Of a stretch of 32,000 bases of DNA, positions 15,801-24,176 are shown one piece after another. Origin of the DNA: Propionibacteriaceae bacterium (GTDB lineage: Bacteria > Actinomycetota > Actinomycetes > Propionibacteriales > Propionibacteriaceae); contig JAIRQE010000014.1 in the NCBI GenBank assembly GCA_031256725.1, positions 27,022 to 59,021 on the forward strand, in the 5' to 3' direction. Under the pieces are notes generated by a model. The model saw only the letters and a program-made list of their open reading frames with translations, was not told where the DNA came from and searched no databases. A program made the translations under genes and the position numbers. How positions within the stretch are numbered: the first letter of the stretch is position 1; each line of letters begins with the position of its first letter.

Positions 15801-16551
15801 GTTGAAGATTGCTGCGAATTCGTTTACGAATGAGGGGTTGTTCTTTAAGGGGTATTGGACTGCAACACCTGAGGATGCTGGTACTCATTACTTTGAGGGA
15901 GAGTCCCTCGCGTTGACCGAGAACATGACTCTCTATGCTCAGTGGGTTGAGTCTGAGGAGGACGTTGTTGTTCCTGTGACGGTCATCTTTGATGTTGATG
16001 GTGCACAGTATTGGGTCTCGAAGTCTGAGTTGGTGGATGGTTCCGCGACGGTGAGCCTTCCTTCGTCTGATCCGACACCGGCTCGTGGTTTCGATTTCGG
16101 TGGCTGGTGTTTAGCTGCTGGGTGTACGTCTGCTGATTTCACGGGTACTGTGACGGGTAACACGACTGTGTATGTGTTCTGGGCGCCAAAGACTGCTTAT
16201 TTTGTGAGTTTTGATGCGAATAGTGGTTCGGGTGAGATGGTCAAGAATGGCCCGTGGTACGTCGGTGAGTCTTATGTTGTGCCTGCTTCTACGTTTACTC
16301 GTGATGGGTACACGTTTGGTGGGTGGCTGGTTGAGTCGCAGGGTGGTTCGATTCAGTACAACGTCGGTCAGTCTTTCACTGTTTCCGGTGATGTGACGCT
16401 GGTCGCGATGTGGGTTGAAGTTGTCAAGGATCCGGTTGCTCCTCCTGTGAAAAAGCCAGCTAAGGTCAGTGTTCCAACGGGTGGTTCCGTTCTGCTGTCA
16501 CCTGTTGAGGCGTTGACTGATGCCGCGTTTGCTGTGGCTGAGGTCATCTGA
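12841..16551 (+). CDS. Large secreted repeat protein. It has a signal peptide, about 7 beta-sandwich-like modules each with a Cys pair, and 5 Listeria-Bacteroides (Flg_new) repeats.
   Basis: 1236 aa. RBS GGTGGGAG lies 6 nt before the ATG. The signal peptide is MRRLISLLCAGALTLSVVGVGAVTVQAAEA. Residues ~34-822 are ~105-aa modules with a recurring pattern: G(T/K)V..., W..C......C, DGSY, PG..Y. Residues 823-1194 (nt 15307-16422) are five repeats of the type YNANGGSG....GFTYANVNFDGWNT..DGSG..Y..G......LTLYAQW, which I recognise as the Listeria-Bacteroides repeat. Confidence 0.9.
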   Translation: MRRLISLLCAGALTLSVVGVGAVTVQAAEAQFISGTVHLPAGHAEDTSLGWIAWVCWEDDGWDCREGGIASDGTYRIQIPSTAAQDIFVVAELAVLGSSLLLTAYAGPGNEGVAGNSLYETLGSASPVSVPANVTEVTGIDITMQVGAKLKGTVALADGASIADAGWVGVEVCEIVDDEIRGCVWANYSSDGSYEAFVKPGVYTLRGSADNYLTTYLGGYVDSRYKPAVSDVTSVTVPASGATAPTLTLEKGVIISGTIKPLDAARNASVDLYCVDDYGYLDYQDYTWANYEDGAYVMSMIPGRECSVRVTAPGYLTTWLGDVTKNWADVDEVTILTGSAGQELKNQDITLPQAASFTGKVTMPGHTLPSNDSWYGWVEACGFEGSDLIDCVSSGWIEEDGSYTIDDVKPGTEYYIFVEIGGDYLNEYLMTGYDGWAGLRPSFADQKTITSPNPGESKTVNITMKKASYIEGTVYLPDGETPAENLGIEYCWYEGSEVDCEYSWSDSGSYSLRVVPGVEYFISAYVNGYPQTWYGDEPLGLSDDPKGDGVPAIVAPAEGATLGKNNITLTEGVSISGNIDVKAVSGTSESVIVTVTACYYLQVTEELSNCQQVVIDGVGGQYTIQGLLPGKPHVVFAEGIETCGGDCYDTVTERSWHGGGVGWGPNVVKTVFTTPKAGSPTLTGKDITLWDPSYLTGKVVPSSLAGDAQVWLCPVYMDGSQSYYGQNKWYANEPIKPGVWSDCWPLDIDETGEYGSYINPGYDWVVIGQAPGYTDTWHGGYVGDSGLVEQDKPVSTVVPNGATILTFKPGETKTNVDVIFGNSVSVSYNANGGSGTMSSQSVDEGSSVTLAANGFTYANVNFDGWNTKADGSGTPYKAGESITPTANLTLYAQWKAVVKFDTDGGSTAADLSVTPGSKVALPADPTKDGFKFAGWINAADNTTVDAQTVVNGHMTVKAQWKKILTLTYDPNGGSEAPVVETVLEGDELKIAANSFTNEGLFFKGYWTATPEDAGTHYFEGESLALTENMTLYAQWVESEEDVVVPVTVIFDVDGAQYWVSKSELVDGSATVSLPSSDPTPARGFDFGGWCLAAGCTSADFTGTVTGNTTVYVFWAPKTAYFVSFDANSGSGEMVKNGPWYVGESYVVPASTFTRDGYTFGGWLVESQGGSIQYNVGQSFTVSGDVTLVAMWVEVVKDPVAPPVKKPAKVSVPTGGSVLLSPVEALTDAAFAVAEVI

Positions 16552-16574
16552 TCCTGACATAGAAATGATGAAAC

Positions 16575-16600
16575 GTAGGGGCCCCTCCGGGGGCCCTTAC
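16575..16600 (+). terminator. Intrinsic terminator candidate after the surface-protein gene.
   Basis: GTAGGGGCCCC-TCCG-GGGGCCCTTAC is an 11-bp stem with one G:U, followed by GCTATTTGT. Confidence 0.6.
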
Positions 16601-16698
16601 GCTATTTGTCGACTGCATACTATCGGGGGACATGCTGTCGGGGGGCGTATCTCCTAGCACCAAAGCTGGTATAAACCGCCAATACTTTCACTTTTCGC

Positions 16699-16750
16699 GG
16701 TGAACACTAGTGAACAAGAACACTAGTGAACAAGTCAGTGAGCAAGTCAG
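16699..16750 (+). repeat. Nested tandem direct repeats upstream of mutA.
   Basis: GAACACTAGTGAACAA occurs twice in exact tandem (16702-16717 and 16718-16733). This is followed by GTGAACAAGTCA / GTGAGCAAGTCA (16726-16749). (T/A)GA(A/G)CA hexamers start at 16701, 16711, 16717, 16727 and 16739. Confidence 0.9.
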
Positions 16751-16902
16751 GGAACCATCTCATCTTGTGTCCCACCTGTCTCAAATCCTTTCGGGGAAAC
16801 CCACAAACCCGATAGGCTAAAGCCATAGTGTATGCACACATTGAAGTGTCGTGCGCCAGCTAGGTACGGCGTACGCGTCAAACAAACCCAGAAGGGATTT
16901 CA

Positions 16903-18753
16903 ATGACGGACGAATGGATGGTACTGGCGGGTGATTTTCCCACCCCAACCAGGCAAGATTGGGACCGTGAGGTTCTTAAGGCGCTGAATAGGCGGCGTCC
17001 ACCAGGGTCAGAGATGACCATTGAACAGGCCATGAAGCGGTTGACATATGTCAGTGTCGACGGTGTCGAGATCGAACCGCTTTATGTGAAGCCGGAAGAC
17101 CAATCGGTTGGCTTCCCAGGAAAGGCTCCGTTCACAAGGGGATCGCAGAGCGAGACAGCCCCATGGATCGTAGCCCAGCTTCACGAGGATCCCGACCCGG
17201 GTCGTACTGCCGAAGCTATACAAGCCGACCTGAATGCTGGATCAACCGGTCTGTGGCTGCGCATAGATAGCGACGCTATCAATGTTGATGACCTTGCAAC
17301 TGTTCTAGCAGGAGTACGCCCTGAGGCCGCTCCCGTGTCAGTGAGCTCGATTAGCCAGCAGGCGGAAGCAGCAGAGGCCCTCCTCGACTTCTTCGCCACG
17401 GCAGGCAATTCGGAGGCTGCGGGCAACCTGGGTATCGACCCCTTGGGTGTTGCTGCTGTGACCGGTCAGGCAGCAGATCTCAGTGACCTGTCGTCCTGGG
17501 TACGTCAGGCAGGGAGTTACCCGAATCTGAGGGCAGTCGTTGTTGACGTGACCCCCTATGACAATGCCTCTGCAGGTGATGTGGACCAGTTGGCCTTCGC
17601 CATCGCTTCAGGTATTGAATATGTACGTGAGCTTGATGAGCAGGATGTGAGTCCAGCGGAAGCCTTCGATCAGATCTGCTTCCGTGTAGCCGTTAATGCT
17701 GATGAGTTCCTGGCCATCGCGCGTCTCCGCGCTCTTCGACGCCTGTGGGCACGAGTCGGAGAGGTACTCTTAATCGACGAGTCGAAGAGGGGCGCAATCC
17801 AACATGCGGTGACCTCCTGGAGGATCCTGTCCAAGGATGATCCGTGGGTGAATCTCCTGCGCGCAACCATTGGAGCCTTCTCCGCTGGCGTGGGTGGGGC
17901 AGAGACGATCACCGTGCTTCCGCACGACACGGCCTATGGACTTCCGACCCCCTTCTCCCGTCGTATCGCCCGCAATATCCAGTTGGTGAACGCTGAGGAA
18001 GCACACATTGGTCGAGTCAAGGATCCCGCTGGTGGGGCCTGGCTCTTCGAGTCCTTGACTGACCAGTTGGCTGAGAAAGCCTGGGTACGAGTACAAGAAA
18101 TCGAAGCCCTTGGTGGCATGTCAGCAGCTCTAGCCTCTGGCAAGGTTGCTGAATGGATCAAGGCGAGTTGCGATGAGCGTTGCGCTCGTTTGGCAACCCG
18201 CAAGATCCCTGTGACCGGTGTATCCATGTTCCCCAAGCAGGACGAGGCGCCCTTGGCTGACTTCATTGCTCGCCCGGCTGCTCCGGTTTATGGTGGCATT
18301 GGTACATGTCGGGACTCTGCGGTCTTCGAGGCTCTCAGGGATCGCTCCCGTGGGCATGAAAAGGCCACAGGAAACAAGCCCACTGTCGTACTGGCATGCC
18401 TGGGGGATCGCCGCGAGTTTGGTGCTCGTGAACAGTTCACCCAGAACCTCTTGCTTGTCGGTGGGGTCGACTTTGCTCAGATTGAGGGGCCATCCCCCGA
18501 TCAGATTGTGGCAAAGGCTAAAGAAGTCGGTACGACCATGGTCGTCTTCGCCTCATCGGCTGCGGTTTATGCTGATCAAGCTTTGTCTGCTGGTCAAGCC
18601 GCGAAGGACGCCGGGCTTACAGTGTGGCTCGCAGGTCGCAAGACCGAGATCGGTGATGGTGCTGATTCCGTGATCGATGGAGAGATCTTCGACGGCATGA
18701 ACATTGTCACATTCCTATCCGAAACCTTGGACAGTCTGGGGGTTACAAAATGA
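16903..18753 (+). CDS. mutA: Methylmalonyl-CoA mutase small (beta) subunit.
   Basis: 616 aa. It is a mutase-family paralogue lacking the DxHxxG B12-binding motif. It overlaps mutB by 4 nt (ATGA at 18750-18753), the classic mutA-mutB arrangement. Confidence 0.85.
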   Translation: MTDEWMVLAGDFPTPTRQDWDREVLKALNRRRPPGSEMTIEQAMKRLTYVSVDGVEIEPLYVKPEDQSVGFPGKAPFTRGSQSETAPWIVAQLHEDPDPGRTAEAIQADLNAGSTGLWLRIDSDAINVDDLATVLAGVRPEAAPVSVSSISQQAEAAEALLDFFATAGNSEAAGNLGIDPLGVAAVTGQAADLSDLSSWVRQAGSYPNLRAVVVDVTPYDNASAGDVDQLAFAIASGIEYVRELDEQDVSPAEAFDQICFRVAVNADEFLAIARLRALRRLWARVGEVLLIDESKRGAIQHAVTSWRILSKDDPWVNLLRATIGAFSAGVGGAETITVLPHDTAYGLPTPFSRRIARNIQLVNAEEAHIGRVKDPAGGAWLFESLTDQLAEKAWVRVQEIEALGGMSAALASGKVAEWIKASCDERCARLATRKIPVTGVSMFPKQDEAPLADFIARPAAPVYGGIGTCRDSAVFEALRDRSRGHEKATGNKPTVVLACLGDRREFGAREQFTQNLLLVGGVDFAQIEGPSPDQIVAKAKEVGTTMVVFASSAAVYADQALSAGQAAKDAGLTVWLAGRKTEIGDGADSVIDGEIFDGMNIVTFLSETLDSLGVTK

Positions 18754-20903
18754 GCATTCCACGTTTTGATTCTGTAGAACTGGGTTCTGCTGCACCTGCC
18801 CCAGGGCAGGGGTTCGCCGGTGGTGAACTGTGGGAGACCCCCGAACATGTGATGGTTCCACCGTTGTACACCGATGTTGATCTTGCCGGGCTGGACTTCC
18901 TCCAGACCATGCCGGGGCTTCCTCCGTACCTACGTGGGCCGTACCCAACGATGTACGTCAACCAACCGTGGACGATCCGCCAGTACGCAGGCTTCTCGAC
19001 GGCAGCTGAATCGAATGCCTTCTATCGACGCAACCTGGCTGCGGGCCAGAAGGGCTTGTCGGTGGCCTTCGACCTGGCCACACACCGTGGGTACGATTCG
19101 GATAATCCCCGTGTAACTGGTGACGTCGGTATGGCTGGTGTAGCCATCGACTCGATCCTCGATATGCGTCAGCTTTTCGCTGGTATTCCCTTGGATCAGA
19201 TGTCGGTGTCGATGACGATGAATGGCGCTGTGTTGCCCATTTTGGCTCTCTACATCGTGGCCGCTGAGGAACAAGGTGTTGCCCCTGCACAACTCAATGG
19301 GACGATCCAGAATGACATCCTCAAAGAGTTCATGGTCCGCAATACCTACATCTATCCACCTGCACCCTCAATGAGGATCATCTCGGAGATTTTCGCGTAC
19401 ACCACGGCCAATATGCCGAAGTACAACCCGATTTCGATCTCTGGGTACCACATGCAGGAGGCCGGTGCGACCGCTGATCTTGAGATGGCGTACACCCTCG
19501 CAGACGGTGTGGAGTACATCCGCGCTGGTGAGGCTGTGGGCCTGAAGGTTGATGCCTTCGCGCCACGCTTGTCCTTCTTCTGGGGTACAGGCACGAACTT
19601 CTTCATGGAGGTCGCAAAGCTGCGTGCAGCCCGCCTGTTGTGGGCGCGTCTCGTACGTCAATTCAAGCCGGAGGATCCGAAGTCGCTGAGCTTGAGGGCT
19701 CATACTCAGACCTCGGGTTGGTCGCTGACTGCACAGGATGTCTACAACAACGTTGCGCGTACCTGCATTGAGGCGATGTCGGCGACACAGGGACACACCC
19801 AGTCGCTGCACACGAACTCTCTTGATGAGGCGATTGCCTTGCCAACGGACTTCTCGGCTCGTATTGCTCGAAACACCCAGTTGTTCATCCAGCAAGAGTC
19901 GGGTACGACCCGCTCGGTGGACCCGTGGGCAGGATCAGCTTATGTTGAGAAGCTCACCCATGACCTGGCCCGTCGCGGCTGGGAGCATATCCAAGAGGTC
20001 GAGCAGGCTGGTGGTATGGCGAAGGCTATCGAGGCGGGCATCCCCAAGATGCGTATCGAAGAGGCAGCGGCTCGTACCCAAGCTCGAATCGACTCCGGTC
20101 AGCAGACGATCCTCGGTGTCAACAAGTACCTCGTTGAAGACGACGAGCTGCCTGATGTGCTCAAGGTCGACAACAAAGCTGTACGCGAAGAGCAACTCGC
20201 CAAGCTGGCTCAACTGCGGGCCGAGCGCAACGAAGAGGCAACCCAGGCTGCCTTGGAGAAGCTGACATGGGCGGCTGCGAACCAGGATCCGACCGATCCT
20301 GACCGCAACCTGCTGAAGTTGAGTATCGATGCTGCTCGTGAGATGGCAACCGTCGGTGAGATCTCGGATGCCTTGGAGAAGTCCTTTGGGCGTTATACTG
20401 CTCAGATTCGTACGATCTCTGGCGTCTATTCCGCTGAAGCTGGGTCCACCCCAATCGTGGAGAAGGCCCGTGGATTGGTTGAAGAGTTCGCCGAGAAGAC
20501 GGGTCGTCGCCCCCGTATCCTCATCGCCAAGATGGGGCAGGATGGTCATGACCGTGGACAGAAGGTCGTCTCGACCGCCTATGCTGACCTTGGCATGGAC
20601 GTCGATGTGGGCCCCCTGTTCCAGACTCCCGAAGAGGCTGCACGTCAGGCCATCGACTCCGATGTCCATGTGGTTGGCGTGAGTTCCCTGGCCGCTGGTC
20701 ACCTAGTGTTGGTTCCCGCTCTGCGTGAGGAACTCAACAAGGCCGGTGGCGAGGACATCCTCATCACCGTCGGTGGCGTCATCCCACCCGATGACTATGA
20801 CCAGTTGTACAAGGACGGAGCCGTGGCGATCTACCCACCAGGTACGATCATCCCCGAGTCCGCCTGCGAACTCATGGAAAGACTACTCAAGACAGTGGCA
20901 TAG
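18750..20903 (+). CDS. mutB: Methylmalonyl-CoA mutase large (alpha) subunit, B12-dependent.
   Basis: 717 aa. Conserved segments are [39 protein letters not shown] and TGWSLTAQD. The C-terminal B12-binding motif is [15 protein letters not shown] (DxHxxG). Confidence 0.95.
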   Translation: MSIPRFDSVELGSAAPAPGQGFAGGELWETPEHVMVPPLYTDVDLAGLDFLQTMPGLPPYLRGPYPTMYVNQPWTIRQYAGFSTAAESNAFYRRNLAAGQKGLSVAFDLATHRGYDSDNPRVTGDVGMAGVAIDSILDMRQLFAGIPLDQMSVSMTMNGAVLPILALYIVAAEEQGVAPAQLNGTIQNDILKEFMVRNTYIYPPAPSMRIISEIFAYTTANMPKYNPISISGYHMQEAGATADLEMAYTLADGVEYIRAGEAVGLKVDAFAPRLSFFWGTGTNFFMEVAKLRAARLLWARLVRQFKPEDPKSLSLRAHTQTSGWSLTAQDVYNNVARTCIEAMSATQGHTQSLHTNSLDEAIALPTDFSARIARNTQLFIQQESGTTRSVDPWAGSAYVEKLTHDLARRGWEHIQEVEQAGGMAKAIEAGIPKMRIEEAAARTQARIDSGQQTILGVNKYLVEDDELPDVLKVDNKAVREEQLAKLAQLRAERNEEATQAALEKLTWAAANQDPTDPDRNLLKLSIDAAREMATVGEISDALEKSFGRYTAQIRTISGVYSAEAGSTPIVEKARGLVEEFAEKTGRRPRILIAKMGQDGHDRGQKVVSTAYADLGMDVDVGPLFQTPEEAARQAIDSDVHVVGVSSLAAGHLVLVPALREELNKAGGEDILITVGGVIPPDDYDQLYKDGAVAIYPPGTIIPESACELMERLLKTVA

Positions 20904-20921
20904 TTCTGTCATCCAGTACGA

Positions 20922-20951
20922 ACGTGGCGGGTCCTTCGGGGCCCGCCACGT
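20922..20951 (+). terminator. Intrinsic terminator candidate after mutB.
   Basis: ACGTGGCGGGTCC-TTCG-GGGCCCGCCACGT is a 13-bp stem with one U:G and a TTCG tetraloop, 19 nt after the mutB stop. Confidence 0.65.
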
Positions 20952-20954
20952 GTC

Positions 20955-20972
20955 GGTGGGGCCGGTTCGTTT
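20955..20972 (+). repeat. Exact 18-mer shared with the palindrome at 721-782.
   Basis: GGTGGGGCCGGTTCGTTT at 20955-20972 is identical to the reverse complement of 762-779. The flanks are also similar: GTGTC...GTGG here versus GTGTTA...TTGA there. Confidence 0.9.
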
Positions 20973-21063
20973 GTGGCAGGTTTTCGCGCCAGAGGGACAG
21001 ATAGCATTCATGGCATCCGATGCTGACGGTCGAGATATCTTTACGTGCTGGTAGTCTGGCCCT

Positions 21064-21711
21064 GTGCAAACTGTACATACGATCATGCCGGAGCGGGCGG
21101 TCCTTGTGGACTCGCGTGAGGACTGTGGTACTCACACTTTGTGGCCTGAGGAACGTGAGGTGATCGCCTCGGCCACCGCATTGAGACAGATCCAGTACGC
21201 CACTGTTCGCGATTGTGCTCGACAAGCATTAGTACAACTCGGGTTACCCGAGGCGGCTATCCTCACTGATGAGAAGAGATGCCCGATATGGCCTGAGGGG
21301 ATCGTGGGGTCGATGACCCATTGCAGGGGATACGCAGCGGCGGCTTTGGTCCGCGAATCGGATCTGCGTGCTATCGGTATTGATGCTGAACCCGCTGAGC
21401 CACTCCCAGAGGGGGTACTACGGAGGGTAACCAGTGAGCAGGAACGCAACCATATCGAAAACCTCACTCACACCGATCCAAGAATCCCCTGGGACCGACT
21501 ACTCTTCTCCATGAAAGAGAGCGTGTACAAAGCATGGTTCCCTCTGGCCCGCTTGCCACTTGGATTCCATGATGTTGAATTATGCATCAAAGCCAATCAG
21601 ACAGCCGAGATTTCATTCCTATGTGAAGTACCCATAAACCTGTTTACCCAAGAATGGCATGTTCGTTGGATCGTTGATTCCGGAGTTCTTTTCACTACAG
21701 TCTACGGTTGA
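21064..21711 (+). CDS. 4'-phosphopantetheinyl transferase, Sfp/EntD/PptT type.
   Basis: 215 aa. It carries GIDAEPAEPLPEGVLRRV and FSMKESVYKAW, the two hallmark motifs of EntD/Sfp-type PPTases. The start is uncertain: GTG at 21064 or ATG at 21085. Confidence 0.85.
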   Translation: MQTVHTIMPERAVLVDSREDCGTHTLWPEEREVIASATALRQIQYATVRDCARQALVQLGLPEAAILTDEKRCPIWPEGIVGSMTHCRGYAAAALVRESDLRAIGIDAEPAEPLPEGVLRRVTSEQERNHIENLTHTDPRIPWDRLLFSMKESVYKAWFPLARLPLGFHDVELCIKANQTAEISFLCEVPINLFTQEWHVRWIVDSGVLFTTVYG

Positions 21712-21761
21712 GTTGTACCGTCTCGCCGCTCTAGTGTCACAAGTTCAATTCGACCAGTGGC

Positions 21762-22172
21762 CTATATCACTAGTGCGAAGGACATCTCGGCGGTGACGCA
21801 TACTTCGTCAGCGACATACCCTGTACCTGATAGAAAATAGAAGGGGCCCTTGGTGGCGGTGACGCGACAGCGGAAAACCACGGTATCCCCTGGTACTACT
21901 GTGCGCTTGAAACGTACTTTGTCTAGTCCGGAGAAGTAGGGGGTCTTCCCGGCCAGAGCATCTGAGAAGAGTACGCATCCAGACTGGGCCATCATCTCAC
22001 AGAGGATCACCCCAGGTACCACAGGATTGCCGGGGAAATGCCCTTGGAGGAAGTACTCATCCCCGCGTACTGTATAAGAACCTACAGACTCGTCCGATTC
22101 GCGATGGGCCTCATCAACAAGCAACATTGGTTCACGGTGGGGGAGAACCCCCTTGATTTCTTCGCGATTCAT
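21762..22172 (-). CDS. fabZ: 3-hydroxyacyl-ACP dehydratase.
   Basis: 136 aa. LPHREPMLLVDE and HFPGNPVVPGVILCEMMAQ are present (hot-dog fold catalytic His). Confidence 0.9.
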   Translation of the reverse strand: MNREEIKGVLPHREPMLLVDEAHRESDESVGSYTVRGDEYFLQGHFPGNPVVPGVILCEMMAQSGCVLFSDALAGKTPYFSGLDKVRFKRTVVPGDTVVFRCRVTATKGPFYFLSGTGYVADEVCVTAEMSFALVI

Positions 22173-22182
22173 GGGGGTGTCC

Positions 22183-23412
22183 TTAGTTCATCGACCGGAA
22201 GAGTACCCCGGCATTGTGTCCACCGAAACCAAGGGAGATCGACAGGGCTTTATCGATGTCAGCCGAACGCGCAACCCCTGGTACGTAATCAAGATCACAC
22301 TCAGGGTCGGGCTCACGCAGACCAACTGTGGGCGCAATGACCCCGGTACGCAAGGTCATGATGGAGGCGATGGCCTCAACACCACCGGCAGCGCCCAACA
22401 TGTGGCCGGTCATCGACTTCGTGGAGCTCACAGTGATTCGATAGGCCATATCCCCGAGAGCCTTCTTGATGGCGAGGGTCTCGGTCTTGTCATTGAGGGG
22501 GGTGGACGTACCATGGGCGTTGATGTACAACCGCTCATCAGCAGTGACACCAGCCTCCGTGAAGGCCGCCCGAATCATTGCAGCCGATCCTTCAGCATCC
22601 GCATGGGGGGCAGTCATATGATAGGCATCACAGGTGTTGCCGTAGCCGATGATTTCAGCGTAGATCGGGGCTGAACGAGCAACCGCGTGGGTCAGCTCTT
22701 CTAGGACGAGGATCCCAGCACCCTCACTGATCACAAATCCGGCACGCTCAGCATCGAAGGGGATCGAGGCGCGATCAGGGTCGGTCGTCGTGTTGAGAGC
22801 CATACAGTTGGCGAAACCGCCGATAGCGAGAGGGTTGATGGTTGCCTCGGCACCTCCAGCGATGATGGCGTCGGCGTGACCATATTTGATGGTACGGAAG
22901 GCTTCACCGAGGGCATTGGTACCCGTACTGCAGGCGGTCACAACGGGAAGATTCGGCCCCTGGGCGCCATAGCGTATCGCGATGAGTGCCGAAGCCATAT
23001 TCCCAATCATCATGGGTACGAAGAAGGGCGAGATCCGTGTGGGTCCACGATCAACCATGACAGTGGTTTCTTTGATCATGGTCGAAATCCCACCGATCCC
23101 TGAGCCGACATAGCAACCCAGTCGATAGGGATCCACCTTCCCAGCGAGCCCGGAATCCTCCATGGCTTCCACGGCCGCAGCGATCGCATAGTGTGCATAG
23201 AGGTCGGTCTTTCGGGCCTCGCTGGCCTCCATGCAGCCCTCTGGACTGAAGTCTTTGACCTCGGCTGCGAGAGCAACCTTCCCATCGGAGGGGTCGAATC
23301 GTGTGATGGGTCCAATACCGTGGCGACCAGCCACCATCGACTCCCAGGTGGACTTCACATTCAAACCGATGGGGGAAACACATCCCATCCCTGTTACTAC
23401 TACTCGTCTCAT
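22183..23412 (-). CDS. fabF: 3-oxoacyl-ACP synthase II.
   Basis: 409 aa. The active-site Cys lies in VVTACSTGTNALGEA, and the His residues in AHGTSTPLND and KSMTGHMLGAAG. Confidence 0.92.
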   Translation of the reverse strand: MRRVVVTGMGCVSPIGLNVKSTWESMVAGRHGIGPITRFDPSDGKVALAAEVKDFSPEGCMEASEARKTDLYAHYAIAAAVEAMEDSGLAGKVDPYRLGCYVGSGIGGISTMIKETTVMVDRGPTRISPFFVPMMIGNMASALIAIRYGAQGPNLPVVTACSTGTNALGEAFRTIKYGHADAIIAGGAEATINPLAIGGFANCMALNTTTDPDRASIPFDAERAGFVISEGAGILVLEELTHAVARSAPIYAEIIGYGNTCDAYHMTAPHADAEGSAAMIRAAFTEAGVTADERLYINAHGTSTPLNDKTETLAIKKALGDMAYRITVSSTKSMTGHMLGAAGGVEAIASIMTLRTGVIAPTVGLREPDPECDLDYVPGVARSADIDKALSISLGFGGHNAGVLFRSMN

Positions 23413-23435
23413 GATGATTCTTTCCGCTTGCAGAC

Positions 23436-24176
23436 CTAGATGCGCATTCCGCCGTCAACCTGGAGCACCTGGCCGGTGATATACCGGCCCATATCGGAGG
23501 CCAGGAAGAGTACAGCATGGGCAATGTCTTTCGGTTCGCCAACCCTCTTCAGTGGTACTAACCCCAGCAGCTTGTCCATGGCGGCTTGGGGAAGCTTCGC
23601 AGTCATATCCGTGGTGATGAACCCCGGTGCGATCACATTGCAGGTGACTCCGCGCGACGCATATTCACGCGCAATGGATTTGGTGAAACCTATGAGTCCC
23701 GCCTTCGCGGCAGTGTAATTGGCTTGCCCAGGATTCCCCATGAGTGCGACCACTGAGGAGATGTTGATGATCCTGGCGTGGGGTGAGGACAACAGGGTTC
23801 GAGTCAGATGTCGTGTCATAGCGAAGCTGCCTTTAAGGTTGACGTCCATCACCTGATCGAAGTCTTCCTCACTCATCCTCAACATCAGATTGTCTTTGAC
23901 GATTCCCGCATTGTTGACGAGGATGTCGACCGTGCCACAATCAACAATGATCTGCTCACAGGTGGATTGGGTTTGAGTCCAATCGGAGACATCGCATTGG
24001 TAGGTCCATGCCTTACTCCCGAGTGCTTCGACTTCGCGAGCCACCTGGGCAGCCGCTTCAGCTTGACCAGCATAAACGATGGCAACGTTGGCCCCATGAC
24101 ACGCTAATTCGAGGGCAATGGCTCTGCCAATTCCACGGGATCCACCCGTAACCACAGCCGTACGATTCTTAAGCAT
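23436..24176 (-). CDS. fabG: 3-oxoacyl-ACP reductase (SDR).
   Basis: The ORF is trimmed to the ATG at 24176 (MLKNRTAVVTGGSRGIGRAIA). This ATG overlaps the fabD stop within ATGCTTAA. TGGSRGIG, NNAG and YTAAKAG (YxxxK) are present. Confidence 0.9.
   Translation of the reverse strand: MLKNRTAVVTGGSRGIGRAIALELACHGANVAIVYAGQAEAAAQVAREVEALGSKAWTYQCDVSDWTQTQSTCEQIIVDCGTVDILVNNAGIVKDNLMLRMSEEDFDQVMDVNLKGSFAMTRHLTRTLLSSPHARIINISSVVALMGNPGQANYTAAKAGLIGFTKSIAREYASRGVTCNVIAPGFITTDMTAKLPQAAMDKLLGLVPLKRVGEPKDIAHAVLFLASDMGRYITGQVLQVDGGMRI

Noticed and set aside
16476-16551. VPTGG near the C-terminus of the large protein, considered as an LPXTG-type sortase sorting signal.
   Set aside because: The motif is followed by SVLLSPVEALTDAAFAVAEVI. 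This segment contains acidic residues, is not a clean hydrophobic span, and has no basic tail. It therefore fails the tripartite sorting-signal pattern.
16699-16750. Tandem repeats upstream of mutA, considered as a CRISPR array.
   Set aside because: There are only two exact 16-nt units with no spacers, far below CRISPR repeat and spacer sizes, and no cas genes are present.
16552-16902. A cobalamin riboswitch upstream of the B12-dependent mutase genes.
   Set aside because: I could not find a B12-box-like sequence or the multi-stem GC-rich architecture in the 350-bp leader. Only cmscan could settle it.
1038-20702. Many 60-255-aa ORFs antisense to or out of frame within real genes. Examples are 1038..1508 -, 6663..7031 +, 7337..7828 +, 17934..18266 -, 19368..19895 -, 19935..20702 - and 22153..22674 +.
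   Set aside because: They lie entirely inside strongly supported genes and have Arg/Ser/Pro/Gly-skewed low-information translations typical of shadow frames. None shows recognisable motifs.
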